From: a virus
Length of the DNA: 64,000 nt
Virus record (IMG/VR): IMGVR_UViG_3300027747_003534
Coordinates: 64,001-128,000 of that record
Reading direction: 5' to 3' (one strand)
Shown: in pieces, positions 29,514 through 39,410 of the stretch
Layout of the letters: each line of letters opens with the position of its first letter
Numbering within the stretch: position 1 is the stretch's first letter
Notes under the pieces: generated by a model
Databases searched by the model: none
The model's input: the letters and a program-made list of their open reading frames with translations, nothing else
Told to the model about the DNA's origin: nothing
Program-made: the position numbers and the translations under genes

Positions 29514-30305
29514 TCAGTTGTCCTCAATTTCTATTAGTGTATGTTTTTTAAAAGTTTGATCTGTTATAATGATTAATAGTTTCTCATATATAGATAATGC
29601 TCTGGCTGTTGAAAAATCTTTTGTTTGCTTGATCCTAATTAAACTTAATCCCTTGCCTGTTAGTAGCCCATTTTTCTTTTCATCATACTTCTTATTTCTG
29701 TCTAAAGCTTCTTGGCCCCATATTGGAGAAAAATGAGAAGGACCATCAACCTCTATCGCTAGATTCATTGTAGGCAGGAACAGGTCTATTTGCAACTTGG
29801 TATTTGATAACATTTGCTCTTTGTGAAAATCAATTCTGTAACCATCTTGCAAGAGCTTATTGAGTAAAAATTTTTCTAACTTAGAACCAGTTTTACTACT
29901 AAGTCTAGCTGCTTCATTAGCTGATTTGAGTATTCCTGATTTTATCTCTTCATTCATTGTTTGCCAATTATCCCTGCTCTTATCTTTTCTTATTTTAAGT
30001 TCTTCTTCAGATAGCTCGTCCCATGATTGCATAACTCCTCGACCTATCTTTTCTTTAACTTCTGTTGGTCTACTTGTTCCCTTTGTTGGATGCTTATGCT
30101 TTCCTGTATTCAATGCATTTTTTTGAGCTTGGCTTTTATCTCTGATTTTTATATTAAATTTTTTTGCATCTCTTCTGAGCTTATTTGCATAAGTTCCATA
30201 TTTTTCTGCAATATCTTGGAAACTTAATTTTTTTTCTAAATATAAAGTATCTAATATATGTTTTTTTTGGGAATCATTTAAATTCTCATAATTTATTGAC
30301 GACAT
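29514..30305 (-). CDS. HTH plus DUF559/Vsr-like PD-(D/E)xK endonuclease (homing-endonuclease-like)
   Basis: N-terminal LSFQDIAEKYG HTH, NUMOD3-like basic linker (KEKIGRG), C-terminal IDLFLPTMNLAIEVDGPSH. Confidence 0.7.
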   Translation of the reverse strand: MSSINYENLNDSQKKHILDTLYLEKKLSFQDIAEKYGTYANKLRRDAKKFNIKIRDKSQAQKNALNTGKHKHPTKGTSRPTEVKEKIGRGVMQSWDELSEEELKIRKDKSRDNWQTMNEEIKSGILKSANEAARLSSKTGSKLEKFLLNKLLQDGYRIDFHKEQMLSNTKLQIDLFLPTMNLAIEVDGPSHFSPIWGQEALDRNKKYDEKKNGLLTGKGLSLIRIKQTKDFSTARALSIYEKLLIIITDQTFKKHTLIEIEDN

Positions 30306-30750
30306 TATTAATTTCCTTACCGTTGATTTGATCTAATAGATATAGTGGCTGTTTCCAACAAATCTCACATAAGTTATATGCATCTTTATTGTCTGTTATA
30401 ATTTCAATATTGTCTTTCATATAAATATTTTTCCAAAAAGAATACGGCAAAGCTAGCTTCTTGGACCATTCTGCTTCTGGAGTATATAAAATTTGCTTTT
30501 TGGGAGCTGGAAATGTTTGAGTCAACATTGCGCTACGAACATCAAATATAAATAATAAACCAGTAAAATATTTAGCCTGTTGTATATGCAAAGTATAATA
30601 TTTTTTTGTATCAATTTTAGCAAATTGATTATTAAAAAGAACTACATTATAGTAGGGATTTAATGAACAAAATTCATTTATGCTTTTTAAGATAGTATCT
30701 TGTTTTTCGTTATCTGACGCTATGTCCAAAAGGTAAAAGCCGATATCCAT
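30286..30750 (-). CDS. Hypothetical protein, possible degenerate glycosyltransferase N-terminal domain
   Basis: 154 aa with a Rossmann-like start MDIGFYL; last gene of the coupled GT cassette. Confidence 0.45.
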   Translation of the reverse strand: MDIGFYLLDIASDNEKQDTILKSINEFCSLNPYYNVVLFNNQFAKIDTKKYYTLHIQQAKYFTGLLFIFDVRSAMLTQTFPAPKKQILYTPEAEWSKKLALPYSFWKNIYMKDNIEIITDNKDAYNLCEICWKQPLYLLDQINGKEINNVVNKL

Positions 30751-30762
30751 AGATTTAAATTC

Positions 30763-31530
30763 CTATAAAGTTGGTAAAAATATTTCTTTTACAAATGAGG
30801 AGTACGATTTATTTTCATAAACACTTTTTGATCTTAATAAATTATTGCTAATAATTTCTTGTATATTTTCTCCATTTTCTAGTATATCTATTCCACATAC
30901 GCTAGCTTCTAGAGAAAAACTATTATCTATATCTATCAATTTACTAAAGACATTTAATACTTTACAAGAATCTTCTGGAGTTAGCATCCCAACATTCTGC
31001 TCATTTTTAAATGTTGGAGAATTAAAAAGCACTAGCGGCAGATTAGTTTTTGGATATAAAACTTCAGATAATAAAGCATGATTTTTTTCATCATCTAACG
31101 ATAAATAAATAGCAATTTTATTATTTCTTGACTGATTTAAGTTTTTGTATATATCATCATCATATAATGATTCATAACTAATCCATTTTTCAGGAGTTTT
31201 CTCTGGAAACCATTCTATTTTTGAAACAACGGTAATGTTCGTAGAATTCCAAAAGTCAATAATCTTTGTATTAACTATAAGATTATTAGCAAAAATAAAT
31301 ATTCTGATTTTATTGTGATATTCTGTTATATAGTCGTGAAATTCTTGTGTATATTCACTAGAAGGAAATATAAGAATGTCAGGTTCAGCTTTATGGCTGG
31401 TGTCAAATAACACGCCATGAAGTGAGTTTCCTATTAGTTGAAATTTTTCATTATCATTATTTTTAACTAATGACCTAATAAAAGATTTGTAAGAGTTTTC
31501 GTCAGATAAATGCAATAATATTTTTTTCAT
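30763..31530 (-). CDS. Degenerate GT-B glycosyltransferase-like protein
   Basis: 255 aa with a remnant FSLEASVCG motif. Confidence 0.45.
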   Translation of the reverse strand: MKKILLHLSDENSYKSFIRSLVKNNDNEKFQLIGNSLHGVLFDTSHKAEPDILIFPSSEYTQEFHDYITEYHNKIRIFIFANNLIVNTKIIDFWNSTNITVVSKIEWFPEKTPEKWISYESLYDDDIYKNLNQSRNNKIAIYLSLDDEKNHALLSEVLYPKTNLPLVLFNSPTFKNEQNVGMLTPEDSCKVLNVFSKLIDIDNSFSLEASVCGIDILENGENIQEIISNNLLRSKSVYENKSYSSFVKEIFLPTL

Positions 31531-32228
31531 ATTAATTCTTTTATTTTGTTTTTGTCCTTTAGTCCAGTTATAGTTATAAACGAATCATTTGGAATAACAA
31601 TATTTTTATATTTTACAATCTTTGAACTGACGGATTTGTTAATGATTTCAAACAAGAACATATTTTCATAAAATAAATTAATGTTTTTTTTAAATTGAAC
31701 AATATCATTTTTGGATAAATAGACGACATTAAACCACGCAAATGGTCCAACATCATAGAAAATATAATCTACCGCACCGTCCGAATCTATCACAGAACCG
31801 ATATATTTATTCTTAACGTCATTTTTTTTAATTTTTCGATTCAGAACCCAAGAGCTTTTAAAAGACGAGGCTGGCGCGATTTCTACATCTTTGAGTAGTA
31901 CGCCGTGATCCATTATGAACAATCCATCATATTTTGTTTCGTCAAAATTTGATAATATTAATTGCATAGCATATCCGTGATTAGCCGTTTCAAATTTATC
32001 GTTATATATTTTCCCAATATTTTTTGATAATTTTTTATACAGTTTTTCGTTTCCAAATCCAGATATAATATTTATTGATGGTTTATGAAATATTTTATTC
32101 AGACATTCTATTTGACACAAAATCAATTCTTTTGATGAGTTTGTTGCTTTTAATAATCCAATTGGCCCATAAGACTTCATCCCTTTGGTAATTTCATATG
32201 AGAGTATAAAACATTCAATATTAATCAT
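31527..32228 (-). CDS. Sugar/choline nucleotidyltransferase-like protein (degenerate)
   Basis: KGMKSYGPIGLLK...ISGF...YNDKFETANHGYAM resembles the NTP_transferase/LicC fold but lacks ILAAG.G.R and the PK lysine. Confidence 0.55.
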   Translation of the reverse strand: MINIECFILSYEITKGMKSYGPIGLLKATNSSKELILCQIECLNKIFHKPSINIISGFGNEKLYKKLSKNIGKIYNDKFETANHGYAMQLILSNFDETKYDGLFIMDHGVLLKDVEIAPASSFKSSWVLNRKIKKNDVKNKYIGSVIDSDGAVDYIFYDVGPFAWFNVVYLSKNDIVQFKKNINLFYENMFLFEIINKSVSSKIVKYKNIVIPNDSFITITGLKDKNKIKELI

Positions 32229-32641
32229 TTATTTTTTTCAATAACTGCTATTGTATTTAGATCTTCACTAATTATCTTAATAATCTTATAGTCTCTAATA
32301 CCGGCCATGATCTCCATGAAATCTGATTCTGTCCAAAAAGATTTAGATCCATAGATAATTTCTGAAAATTTATTACCATCTATATAATTAGACTTAATTC
32401 TAGATGCTAACAACATTAAATTCAAAAATTTTACAGTTATCTGACCACCGATTGTTAATTTCTTTAAGCACTCAATGAATACCGGGGTCCTATTATTTGC
32501 TTCTATCTTGTCTAAAGTTGTCAAAGTTATATTTTGAACATATCCATTTGTAATTGAGGACACATCTCCTACCGGAACATTGTTATATCCTTGTACAATA
32601 TCTTCTTTACCATCAACTACTATATTTATTTGTGCTATCAT
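32225..32641 (-). CDS. Truncated/degenerate SAM-methyltransferase-like protein
   Basis: ECLKKLTIGGQITV resembles the class I MTase 'L.pGG.l.i' motif; no GxG SAM-binding motif. Confidence 0.4.
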   Translation of the reverse strand: MIAQINIVVDGKEDIVQGYNNVPVGDVSSITNGYVQNITLTTLDKIEANNRTPVFIECLKKLTIGGQITVKFLNLMLLASRIKSNYIDGNKFSEIIYGSKSFWTESDFMEIMAGIRDYKIIKIISEDLNTIAVIEKNK

Positions 32642-33552
32642 TTTACAAATGCCTCCTGATTAATTTGATTAATAAGCCTTATTATATTATTTGAGAAAAT
32701 GTCAAAACTATATATATTAGATACTATTTCTGATTTCTTTTCTATGCTCTCATCATTTTTTATGATTGTTGAAATATTCTCCAATATATCAGATGGAGAC
32801 TCTAAAAGATAGAGTCCAGGAATGTCATTGTAGTCATTATTTAGCATTTCTGTTTTAATTGTTGCCACCTTACATCCAGCAGAGATGGCGCAAAGCATAT
32901 TTATTACGTTATGATCTGCTAAATCTATGCATATATTATATTCATTTAGTTTCTCATTTATATCGCTCGTAGTCATGAAGCAAGTATCTAAAGAATCACA
33001 GGAGTATCCTTTTGACCTTAAAGCTGCCAGTAATTGCTGGTTGTGAATGGTCTTGTTAAAGTTTAATATCAATATATCTTTATCTCTATCTCTATTTATT
33101 ACTTTAAAAGATTTAGGGATACCATATTTTATAACCTCGGATCTTTGATTAAGTCCCCAAGAGATTTTAGAGTTTTCACTAAAAAAAACTTTTAGTTCTC
33201 TTTCTAGATTCTTATTTAATATTGAGGCATCTTCTTTTTTAATAAAATTAGGCCTATATGAATGTGTAAATATAATACTATTAATATGAAAATTTTGAAT
33301 GCTAGATGTTGAATGTCCAATAATATTATTTGTCAATGATAAATTATAATTATATAAACTCGTCATCTTCTCTGGAAGATCTATAACATTTGGCATTTCG
33401 TAATTATTTTGATTGCTATTAAATAAGTAATAATTATTTTCTAATTCAAATAAACTATGATCAAAAAGATTATTTTGTTGGTAATATACAATATTTTTTT
33501 TATCTTTTGAAAATTTTTGAAGTATATTTCCTACTGTGAAACTTAGATACAT
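32638..33552 (-). CDS. Degenerate GT-B glycosyltransferase-like protein
   Basis: VIKYGIP and INMLCAISAGCKV sit where GT4 has E-x7-E / LEAMAxG. Confidence 0.5.
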   Translation of the reverse strand: MYLSFTVGNILQKFSKDKKNIVYYQQNNLFDHSLFELENNYYLFNSNQNNYEMPNVIDLPEKMTSLYNYNLSLTNNIIGHSTSSIQNFHINSIIFTHSYRPNFIKKEDASILNKNLERELKVFFSENSKISWGLNQRSEVIKYGIPKSFKVINRDRDKDILILNFNKTIHNQQLLAALRSKGYSCDSLDTCFMTTSDINEKLNEYNICIDLADHNVINMLCAISAGCKVATIKTEMLNNDYNDIPGLYLLESPSDILENISTIIKNDESIEKKSEIVSNIYSFDIFSNNIIRLINQINQEAFVK

Positions 33553-34667
33553 ATTTTTTTTCCTATGTTTTCATAGCTAAATTGATCCGTATTATTTCTT
33601 CCGATTTCTCGTTTTTGTTCTAGAGTCTTTCGGTCTTCTTTATGCATTTTATAAACTGTTTGCATTTTATTTATTAAGTCATACATATCAGGCCTATACC
33701 AATATTCATTAGCTGTATAAATATCAAAATCTTTGGACAATGGTCTGTTGTTCACATATACTGGTGTTCTATGACTCTTGATCAAGAAACCGTTATCATA
33801 ATTAATAAAGTCATTCATACCGGTATTATCTGTAACTATTGGGGTTTTACCTAAACACAAAGCTTCAGCAGCTGGGCGACAAAAGGCTTCACCATAAGAA
33901 GGAGCAATCAAACAATCGCAAGAATTATGTAATCCGATAACATCTTTATATGACAGCCTATCTGTAATAATAATTTCTTTTTTATATTTTGTTCTAATAT
34001 TTAATTTCTTTTTTATTGTTTCTATTTCATCTTCTATAATTTTATTACTATCATAGGGAGATATTCCTGGTATAGATGTTTTTAAAATCATAGATACTGG
34101 CTGATCTATATCAAAAGCCAAATTAAATGCAATAATTAAATCTTCAATATTTTTACGCTCTGTGTACTCACCAATAAAGTAAAACTTAAAAGTTTTATCA
34201 ATAATATTACTAAAGGCTAGTTTATGATCAGAATATTTTTTTATAAATTCTGTGTCTAATGGTTGAGATATAACTTTGATAGGCTTATTAACGCCTGACT
34301 TCATCAAACATTTCTTTTCTTGGCTACTGGGTACCCAAATTTCATCCATTCTATTCATATTGGATATGCATTCGGAATTAGATAAATTATTAGTTTCTAG
34401 TTCTGTTAATCCAATATTTTTTTTGTATCTGCCATCATAAAAAAAACAATGAGGTAATGTTTTTTCTATTACAACATCATAATTATCATAAATTGTATTT
34501 TCATATTTTAGTAGATCATTATCTAGTTCATCATTAGAACTTTGGGCTAAAAAGACTGGCCTTATAGTTAAATTTTTATACTGTGTAGCAAGTGACTTGA
34601 TATAATTTTTGGTTGCCGAACCCCAGCCATCGTTTTGTCTATATGGTCCTATAAATAGTATATTCAT
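33543..34667 (-). CDS. Glycosyltransferase family 4 (GT-B)
   Basis: DEIWVPS, FYFIGEYTERKN and SYGEAFCRPAAEALCLG (intact E-x7-E). Confidence 0.85.
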   Translation of the reverse strand: MNILFIGPYRQNDGWGSATKNYIKSLATQYKNLTIRPVFLAQSSNDELDNDLLKYENTIYDNYDVVIEKTLPHCFFYDGRYKKNIGLTELETNNLSNSECISNMNRMDEIWVPSSQEKKCLMKSGVNKPIKVISQPLDTEFIKKYSDHKLAFSNIIDKTFKFYFIGEYTERKNIEDLIIAFNLAFDIDQPVSMILKTSIPGISPYDSNKIIEDEIETIKKKLNIRTKYKKEIIITDRLSYKDVIGLHNSCDCLIAPSYGEAFCRPAAEALCLGKTPIVTDNTGMNDFINYDNGFLIKSHRTPVYVNNRPLSKDFDIYTANEYWYRPDMYDLINKMQTVYKMHKEDRKTLEQKREIGRNNTDQFSYENIGKKICI

Positions 34668-36334
34668 TGCAGTCTAGCTTTCATGTTTGCGTATTCAATA
34701 AAATCTTCATTTTTTAGATTACTATCATTTTCTTTAGCTTTTTGAACTATATTGTTATTGGTGATCATATTATTTAGAACATCTAAAGTCTTTTTGATAT
34801 TATATGAGTCTGTACTCATTCCATTGATAGAAAATCCATAATCAAGATCCCTCATCATATTTAACATGACCATAGATGAAGCTATCTGATGGTTGGGCAT
34901 ATGCTTTGATACTATATGAGTTAATAGATCATAATAGTTATTAATATTTTCTGGAATACTATCTATAGTTGTCATTGTTGGTAAATTTTCATCCCATTTT
35001 CCTTGCAGTCCTTTTAGTTGTATATTATCAAAATACTTTTCCCATTTGCTAGCAATCAAATCCCAATTATAATAATTTTCAGTTAATTTTCTGGTTTCAA
35101 ATCTTTTTTGATTCTTTAGTACTTCTGGCATATTTAGATAGTCATAAAGTATTTTCACCAGATGATCATTATCAGGATAAACTCTAATAGCTTTAGTTTC
35201 TAATTCCTTAAAAGCTTGTTTAATTTGAATTGGATAGCCATTAAGCTTATGTACAACGTCGTTCATTGCGCTATAGTTTACAGAAGCTATAGGAACACCA
35301 CAAGCAGCTGCCTCAACTTGAGGCATACCAAAACCTTCACATATGGCATATTGTACATACATGTCAAATGTATTCATTATAGCAGCTAATACTTGGGACG
35401 TAACTCCAGAACTGACGTTAGGCATACTCATAGACTTTTGACCACATCTTGGACAAAATGCTACTGGGTGTTGATATAACGATGAACAAAAATGAGAACA
35501 GTTCTTGCAATTATAGGTGAATAATACTCTGTTACCGACCTTATATTCTTTTAAGAGTTGTGGTAAATCCCACCCAGCATCAGGATAGCTGGTATGAAGA
35601 TACAAATATGTTTTTTCTCCTATGGGGTTATTTTCTGCTTCTAATTTATTTAGTAGCTGTTTAAAAGCAGAGAATAATTCCGGCATTAATTTACGTTTTT
35701 GATTCCTCATTACCGAACCAACAATGAATGCAGAGGAATCTATACCTAATGAATTTCTCAATAAGTTTCTATTGTTAATTATATTAAATGTTTTAAGATC
35801 AACTCCAGGAGAAGTAGTATCTATATAATTAATCTTATTATTACTCTGTTGCAACAGTGTGTCTCTGCCGAAATCAGAGTATGTAAATATTGCGTCCGCA
35901 TGAAGAAATGTATCAATCCATTCTTCTTGCTGAGGAGCAGAGTCTACTGTTGGCATTAGAATCCAATGATAAAATGGTCTTAATGGCGAAAACTGTTGGT
36001 AGGAATTCATCCAATAGTCTCGAACATCAAACACAACATCAGGACGAAAGTCTAATAATACTCTTTCAAATCTCCACCGCCCAAATTGATTTTCCGCAGA
36101 ACTATTGTATTCTTTATGTCTTGGGTCTTTATCGTCTACGGCATTAGCATAATATCTCCATCTTATATTAATATCTTTTGGATCATTTACTTTGCCATAT
36201 GAAGCAAATTCTGCTATTTCATATTTGCCAGTATCGTGTAGTCTTTTAAGAATTTCTTTAGCATATGTACCGAAACCAGAACTAAGAAAACTAGCTTCGG
36301 AACACATGAGAATCTTGAGTTTTTTATTAGACAT
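34664..36334 (-). CDS. Glycosyltransferase family 4 (GT-B) with zinc-ribbon insertion
   Basis: SGFGTY, MRNQKRK and EGFGMPQVEAAACGVP (E-x7-E), with a CKNC...CPRC insert. Confidence 0.85.
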   Translation of the reverse strand: MSNKKLKILMCSEASFLSSGFGTYAKEILKRLHDTGKYEIAEFASYGKVNDPKDINIRWRYYANAVDDKDPRHKEYNSSAENQFGRWRFERVLLDFRPDVVFDVRDYWMNSYQQFSPLRPFYHWILMPTVDSAPQQEEWIDTFLHADAIFTYSDFGRDTLLQQSNNKINYIDTTSPGVDLKTFNIINNRNLLRNSLGIDSSAFIVGSVMRNQKRKLMPELFSAFKQLLNKLEAENNPIGEKTYLYLHTSYPDAGWDLPQLLKEYKVGNRVLFTYNCKNCSHFCSSLYQHPVAFCPRCGQKSMSMPNVSSGVTSQVLAAIMNTFDMYVQYAICEGFGMPQVEAAACGVPIASVNYSAMNDVVHKLNGYPIQIKQAFKELETKAIRVYPDNDHLVKILYDYLNMPEVLKNQKRFETRKLTENYYNWDLIASKWEKYFDNIQLKGLQGKWDENLPTMTTIDSIPENINNYYDLLTHIVSKHMPNHQIASSMVMLNMMRDLDYGFSINGMSTDSYNIKKTLDVLNNMITNNNIVQKAKENDSNLKNEDFIEYANMKARLQ

Positions 36335-36368
36335 AAGAAATAGATAGGGGGCTATTAACCCCCCTTCT
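36335..36368 (-). terminator. Putative intrinsic terminator after ssb
   Basis: Minus-strand hairpin GGGGGTT-AAT-AGCCCCC followed by TATCTATTTCTT in the ssb/GT intergenic gap. Confidence 0.55.
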
Positions 36369-36406
36369 CGTATTGGTTTATAAAAAGTTATTTAGTAATT
36401 AGTAAT

Positions 36407-36793
36407 TCAGAAACTAACAACTTCCTCTTCTGAAATTTCCTTAGTGCTCTTCTTGTTGTTATTAGAAAGCTTAGTAATCTTAGAAAAATTATTAACTCTT
36501 ATCTTAAGAGTATTATGTTTAACTCCATCCTTTTCCCAAGAATCATTCCTAAGAGACCCCTCAACCAAAACCAAATCACCCTTTTTAAAGGACTGGCTAA
36601 TAATTTCAGCTCCAGTATCCCAAGCTTCACACGGAACAAATGTGGTAATCTTATCCTTTTCTCCATTAGCCTTAGTATACTCACGAGAAACAGCAACTGT
36701 AAAATTAACTACAGAAGTTTGCTTGCCATTGGTACTAACTACTCTTAGCTCAGGATCTCTGGCCAGATTACCACGTAAGATATTCAAATTCAT
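36407..36793 (-). CDS. ssb: Single-stranded DNA-binding protein
   Basis: LRGNLARDPELR...FTVAVSR...CEAW...KKGDLVLVEGSL and an acidic EEEVVSF tail. AGGAG RBS 8 nt before ATG 36793. Confidence 0.95.
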   Translation of the reverse strand: MNLNILRGNLARDPELRVVSTNGKQTSVVNFTVAVSREYTKANGEKDKITTFVPCEAWDTGAEIISQSFKKGDLVLVEGSLRNDSWEKDGVKHNTLKIRVNNFSKITKLSNNNKKSTKEISEEEVVSF

Positions 36794-36842
36794 AATCAAA
36801 TCTCCTTTTAAAGAAAATAACCAAATCCAACGAACTCATTTT

Positions 36843-36870
36843 ATAATACGAACTGACGGGACAGCGTCAA
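36843..36870 (-). promoter_or_regulatory. Sigma70-like promoter of ssb
   Basis: TTGACG-N16-TATTAT on the minus strand; the -35 box overlaps the dnaE-C stop codon. Confidence 0.55.
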
Positions 36871-38498
36871 GTACTAGGCAGATAAACTTTTTCTACAATT
36901 AGTGAATCTCCGCCCTTTGCCCTAGACCCTTTTATAATAATAACATTACCACTGAATAATAAATTTCTGTAAGTTTTATATGCTTCAGGAAAAAATATAA
37001 CTGAGTCTAGCAGTCCGGTTCCGTCACTAACTGTAACAAAAGCCATTTCTAATCCTGGATTTTTACCTTTTTTAGTTTTTGTTATTCCAATATTCTCTAT
37101 TTCTGAACATAAAATAATATTGTCTTTTAGAATACTATTTTTAAAATCTTTACATGTCGTGTTGGTCATAGTGATATCATACATATCAACTTTAGAACAT
37201 GTAATATTACATCCCAATATCTCGTCCTCAGTATCTGCTATCCATTCTGGATTGTCTTCTAATGAATATGGTGGCTTATTAATAGAGTTTATAAGACTTA
37301 GTATAATAGTTTTTCTATTTTTATTTATTTTGGCATTATGATAAAGGTCGTGCATACTATCAGACAGTGTTTTGTATTTACTAAAATTGGCTATTATATG
37401 ATCACATTCTCTTTTTGTCAATTCTAATACTATGCCAAAATCAAACAGCATAGCAGTTCTGCTTTTGCCCAAAAAAGATAGCGATCCAGATTGTATCAGA
37501 GCTTTGCTAGCATTAGAATTAATATTTATAAGAATATTAAACAAAAACTCTAACCAGCTCATATTATCTATGTAAAGATTACGATCCTTCAAGAGTTTAT
37601 TCAGTTTATCAAAAATTGATTGTCCAAATCCTTTGATGTCTGTTAATCCAAAATAAATCTTTTGATTCCTTAACACAAAGTGTCTATTTAGATGTCTAAT
37701 GTCTGGTATACATACATTAATATCCATTTCATTAGCATTTTGCACTAACTCTTTAATTTCAGCTTTAGGATCTATTTTATCTTTAGCAAATCTTAGATAT
37801 GATGCAAAAAATACTTTGGGGAAATGTGCCTTGGCATACGCTGAGAGATAAGCGTTGACGGCGTATGAAACAGCATGACTTTTATTAAAGGAGTATCTTT
37901 GGCTTTTTTCGACCCAACCAAAAATTTCTTCTGCTTGTTCAATTGATACCGTATTAATTTCCTTACAGCCATTTAGAAATTTAAGTTTGATTTTAGCCAT
38001 CTCTTCTGGTTTTTTCTTTCCAATAGCTTTTCTTAACATATCTGCTTCTTGAAGATCGAAACCAGCAATAACTTTTGCTATTTCCATAGCTTGTTCTTGA
38101 TAGATCATTTCTCCATAAGTAGTATGAAGTATCGGCTCTAATGATGGATGATAATAATCAATACTTTCTTGAGCATTCTTTTTGTCAATGTAGTGGTTAC
38201 TTACATTTTTTCCTTCCCTATAGGCCTCCAAACATCCCGGTCTTAGGATGCTAATTAACCCAGATAGTTGTTCGATATTTTCTGGTTTAAGTTTTTTAGC
38301 CATAGATTTACCAAGCCTGGACTCTAACTGGAAACAACCCTTAGTGTTACCAGAAGATATTAATTCCCAGGTTTTTGTACAGTCTAAGGGGAGATGTTCA
38401 ATTTTTGGATCAAAATTTATCAAAGTATTATCTATTGTATTGTCTCCGCCGACAATATCGAAAGCACATCCACAAGAATATTGGAATTTTTTAGACAT
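36867..38498 (-). CDS. dnaE: DNA polymerase III alpha, C-terminal half (fingers, HhH, OB fold)
   Basis: GCFQLES, RPG, YQEQ, ADMLRKAIGKK, YSFNKSHAVSY, FGLTDIKG, and OB-fold MAFVTVSDGTG. Confidence 0.92.
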   Translation of the reverse strand: MSKKFQYSCGCAFDIVGGDNTIDNTLINFDPKIEHLPLDCTKTWELISSGNTKGCFQLESRLGKSMAKKLKPENIEQLSGLISILRPGCLEAYREGKNVSNHYIDKKNAQESIDYYHPSLEPILHTTYGEMIYQEQAMEIAKVIAGFDLQEADMLRKAIGKKKPEEMAKIKLKFLNGCKEINTVSIEQAEEIFGWVEKSQRYSFNKSHAVSYAVNAYLSAYAKAHFPKVFFASYLRFAKDKIDPKAEIKELVQNANEMDINVCIPDIRHLNRHFVLRNQKIYFGLTDIKGFGQSIFDKLNKLLKDRNLYIDNMSWLEFLFNILININSNASKALIQSGSLSFLGKSRTAMLFDFGIVLELTKRECDHIIANFSKYKTLSDSMHDLYHNAKINKNRKTIILSLINSINKPPYSLEDNPEWIADTEDEILGCNITCSKVDMYDITMTNTTCKDFKNSILKDNIILCSEIENIGITKTKKGKNPGLEMAFVTVSDGTGLLDSVIFFPEAYKTYRNLLFSGNVIIIKGSRAKGGDSLIVEKVYLPST

Positions 38499-39183
38499 TT
38501 GTAAAAGAATCTTTGAACTTAATTTTGTTACTCAAATTACGATGCAGTCTCAAAAATCTGATCAGAATTTCAGCACAGTCTTGCACGTCCTTAAAAGCAT
38601 CATGTGCCCCAACCTTAGATATTCCAAAATAGTCTCTTAAGGAATCTAAAGTATAGCTCTTAAGATCGCTATTACTTTCAAACCAATAAAATACCAGATT
38701 CATCAGATCTATAACATCTCGTGGATAAAATATATCAGATCTACCTTCTTTATTTGTAAATCCATATTTTATACTGAGTCTGTCTATAATATTCAGATCA
38801 AATCTATTAATGTTGTATCCAGCTGCTATTGGAGCACTAAATTGACTTTTTTTAGATGACCTACTATGATGCATTTCTAAATAATTTGTAAACATTTTCC
38901 AAGACTGTTCCTGCGGAGGATATTCTTTCCATTGAGATAAAATATCTTCTTTTGAACAACTCCTGACCTTAGCATGAAAATCTAATATGTCTGTAGTATA
39001 TACATAATTTTCATCTTTAGCTAAGGTTTCGGGCTTAAAGAAAACATTAAACTCTGATTTGGGAACAATCTCTAATTTTATAGGATCTATTATTAGAGCT
39101 GCTATTTGTACAGGACTACAGATCCTAGGATCGGAACCATCTGTTTCAAAATCAAAAACACAAATTTTATTATAGTTAATCAT
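38491..39183 (-). CDS. DEDDh 3'-5' exonuclease (DnaQ/epsilon-like)
   Basis: VFDFETDG, GYNINRFD and AHDAFKD correspond to ExoI, II and III motifs. Confidence 0.9.
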   Translation of the reverse strand: MINYNKICVFDFETDGSDPRICSPVQIAALIIDPIKLEIVPKSEFNVFFKPETLAKDENYVYTTDILDFHAKVRSCSKEDILSQWKEYPPQEQSWKMFTNYLEMHHSRSSKKSQFSAPIAAGYNINRFDLNIIDRLSIKYGFTNKEGRSDIFYPRDVIDLMNLVFYWFESNSDLKSYTLDSLRDYFGISKVGAHDAFKDVQDCAEILIRFLRLHRNLSNKIKFKDSFTNV

Positions 39184-39206
39184 TAGTTTTTATATTATAG
39201 GGTATC

Positions 39207-39410
39207 TTAAATTAATTCTACTTCTACTAGAGGCGTGACCTGAACCTTTTGGGCAGGATCAGAGAGTAACGCTGCGGTCAATACATGACAACAGCTCTTT
39301 CTTTCTTCGGGTATTTTTATATATTCACTGACGGGACCACCATTAATCGAAACCTTAAACTTTTGACCAACTGTAAGATCCATAAATTTTACCATAATAT
39401 TATTCTCCAT
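39207..39410 (-). CDS. Small hypothetical protein (SH3/KOW-like beta, CC motif)
   Basis: 67 aa, overlapping the dnaE-N stop and filling the gap. Confidence 0.6.
   Translation of the reverse strand: MENNIMVKFMDLTVGQKFKVSINGGPVSEYIKIPEERKSCCHVLTAALLSDPAQKVQVTPLVEVELI

Noticed and set aside
39184-39206. Internal promoter (TATAAT) before the DEDDh exonuclease
   Set aside because: Only a -10 hexamer in very AT-rich DNA with no credible -35; could be chance.
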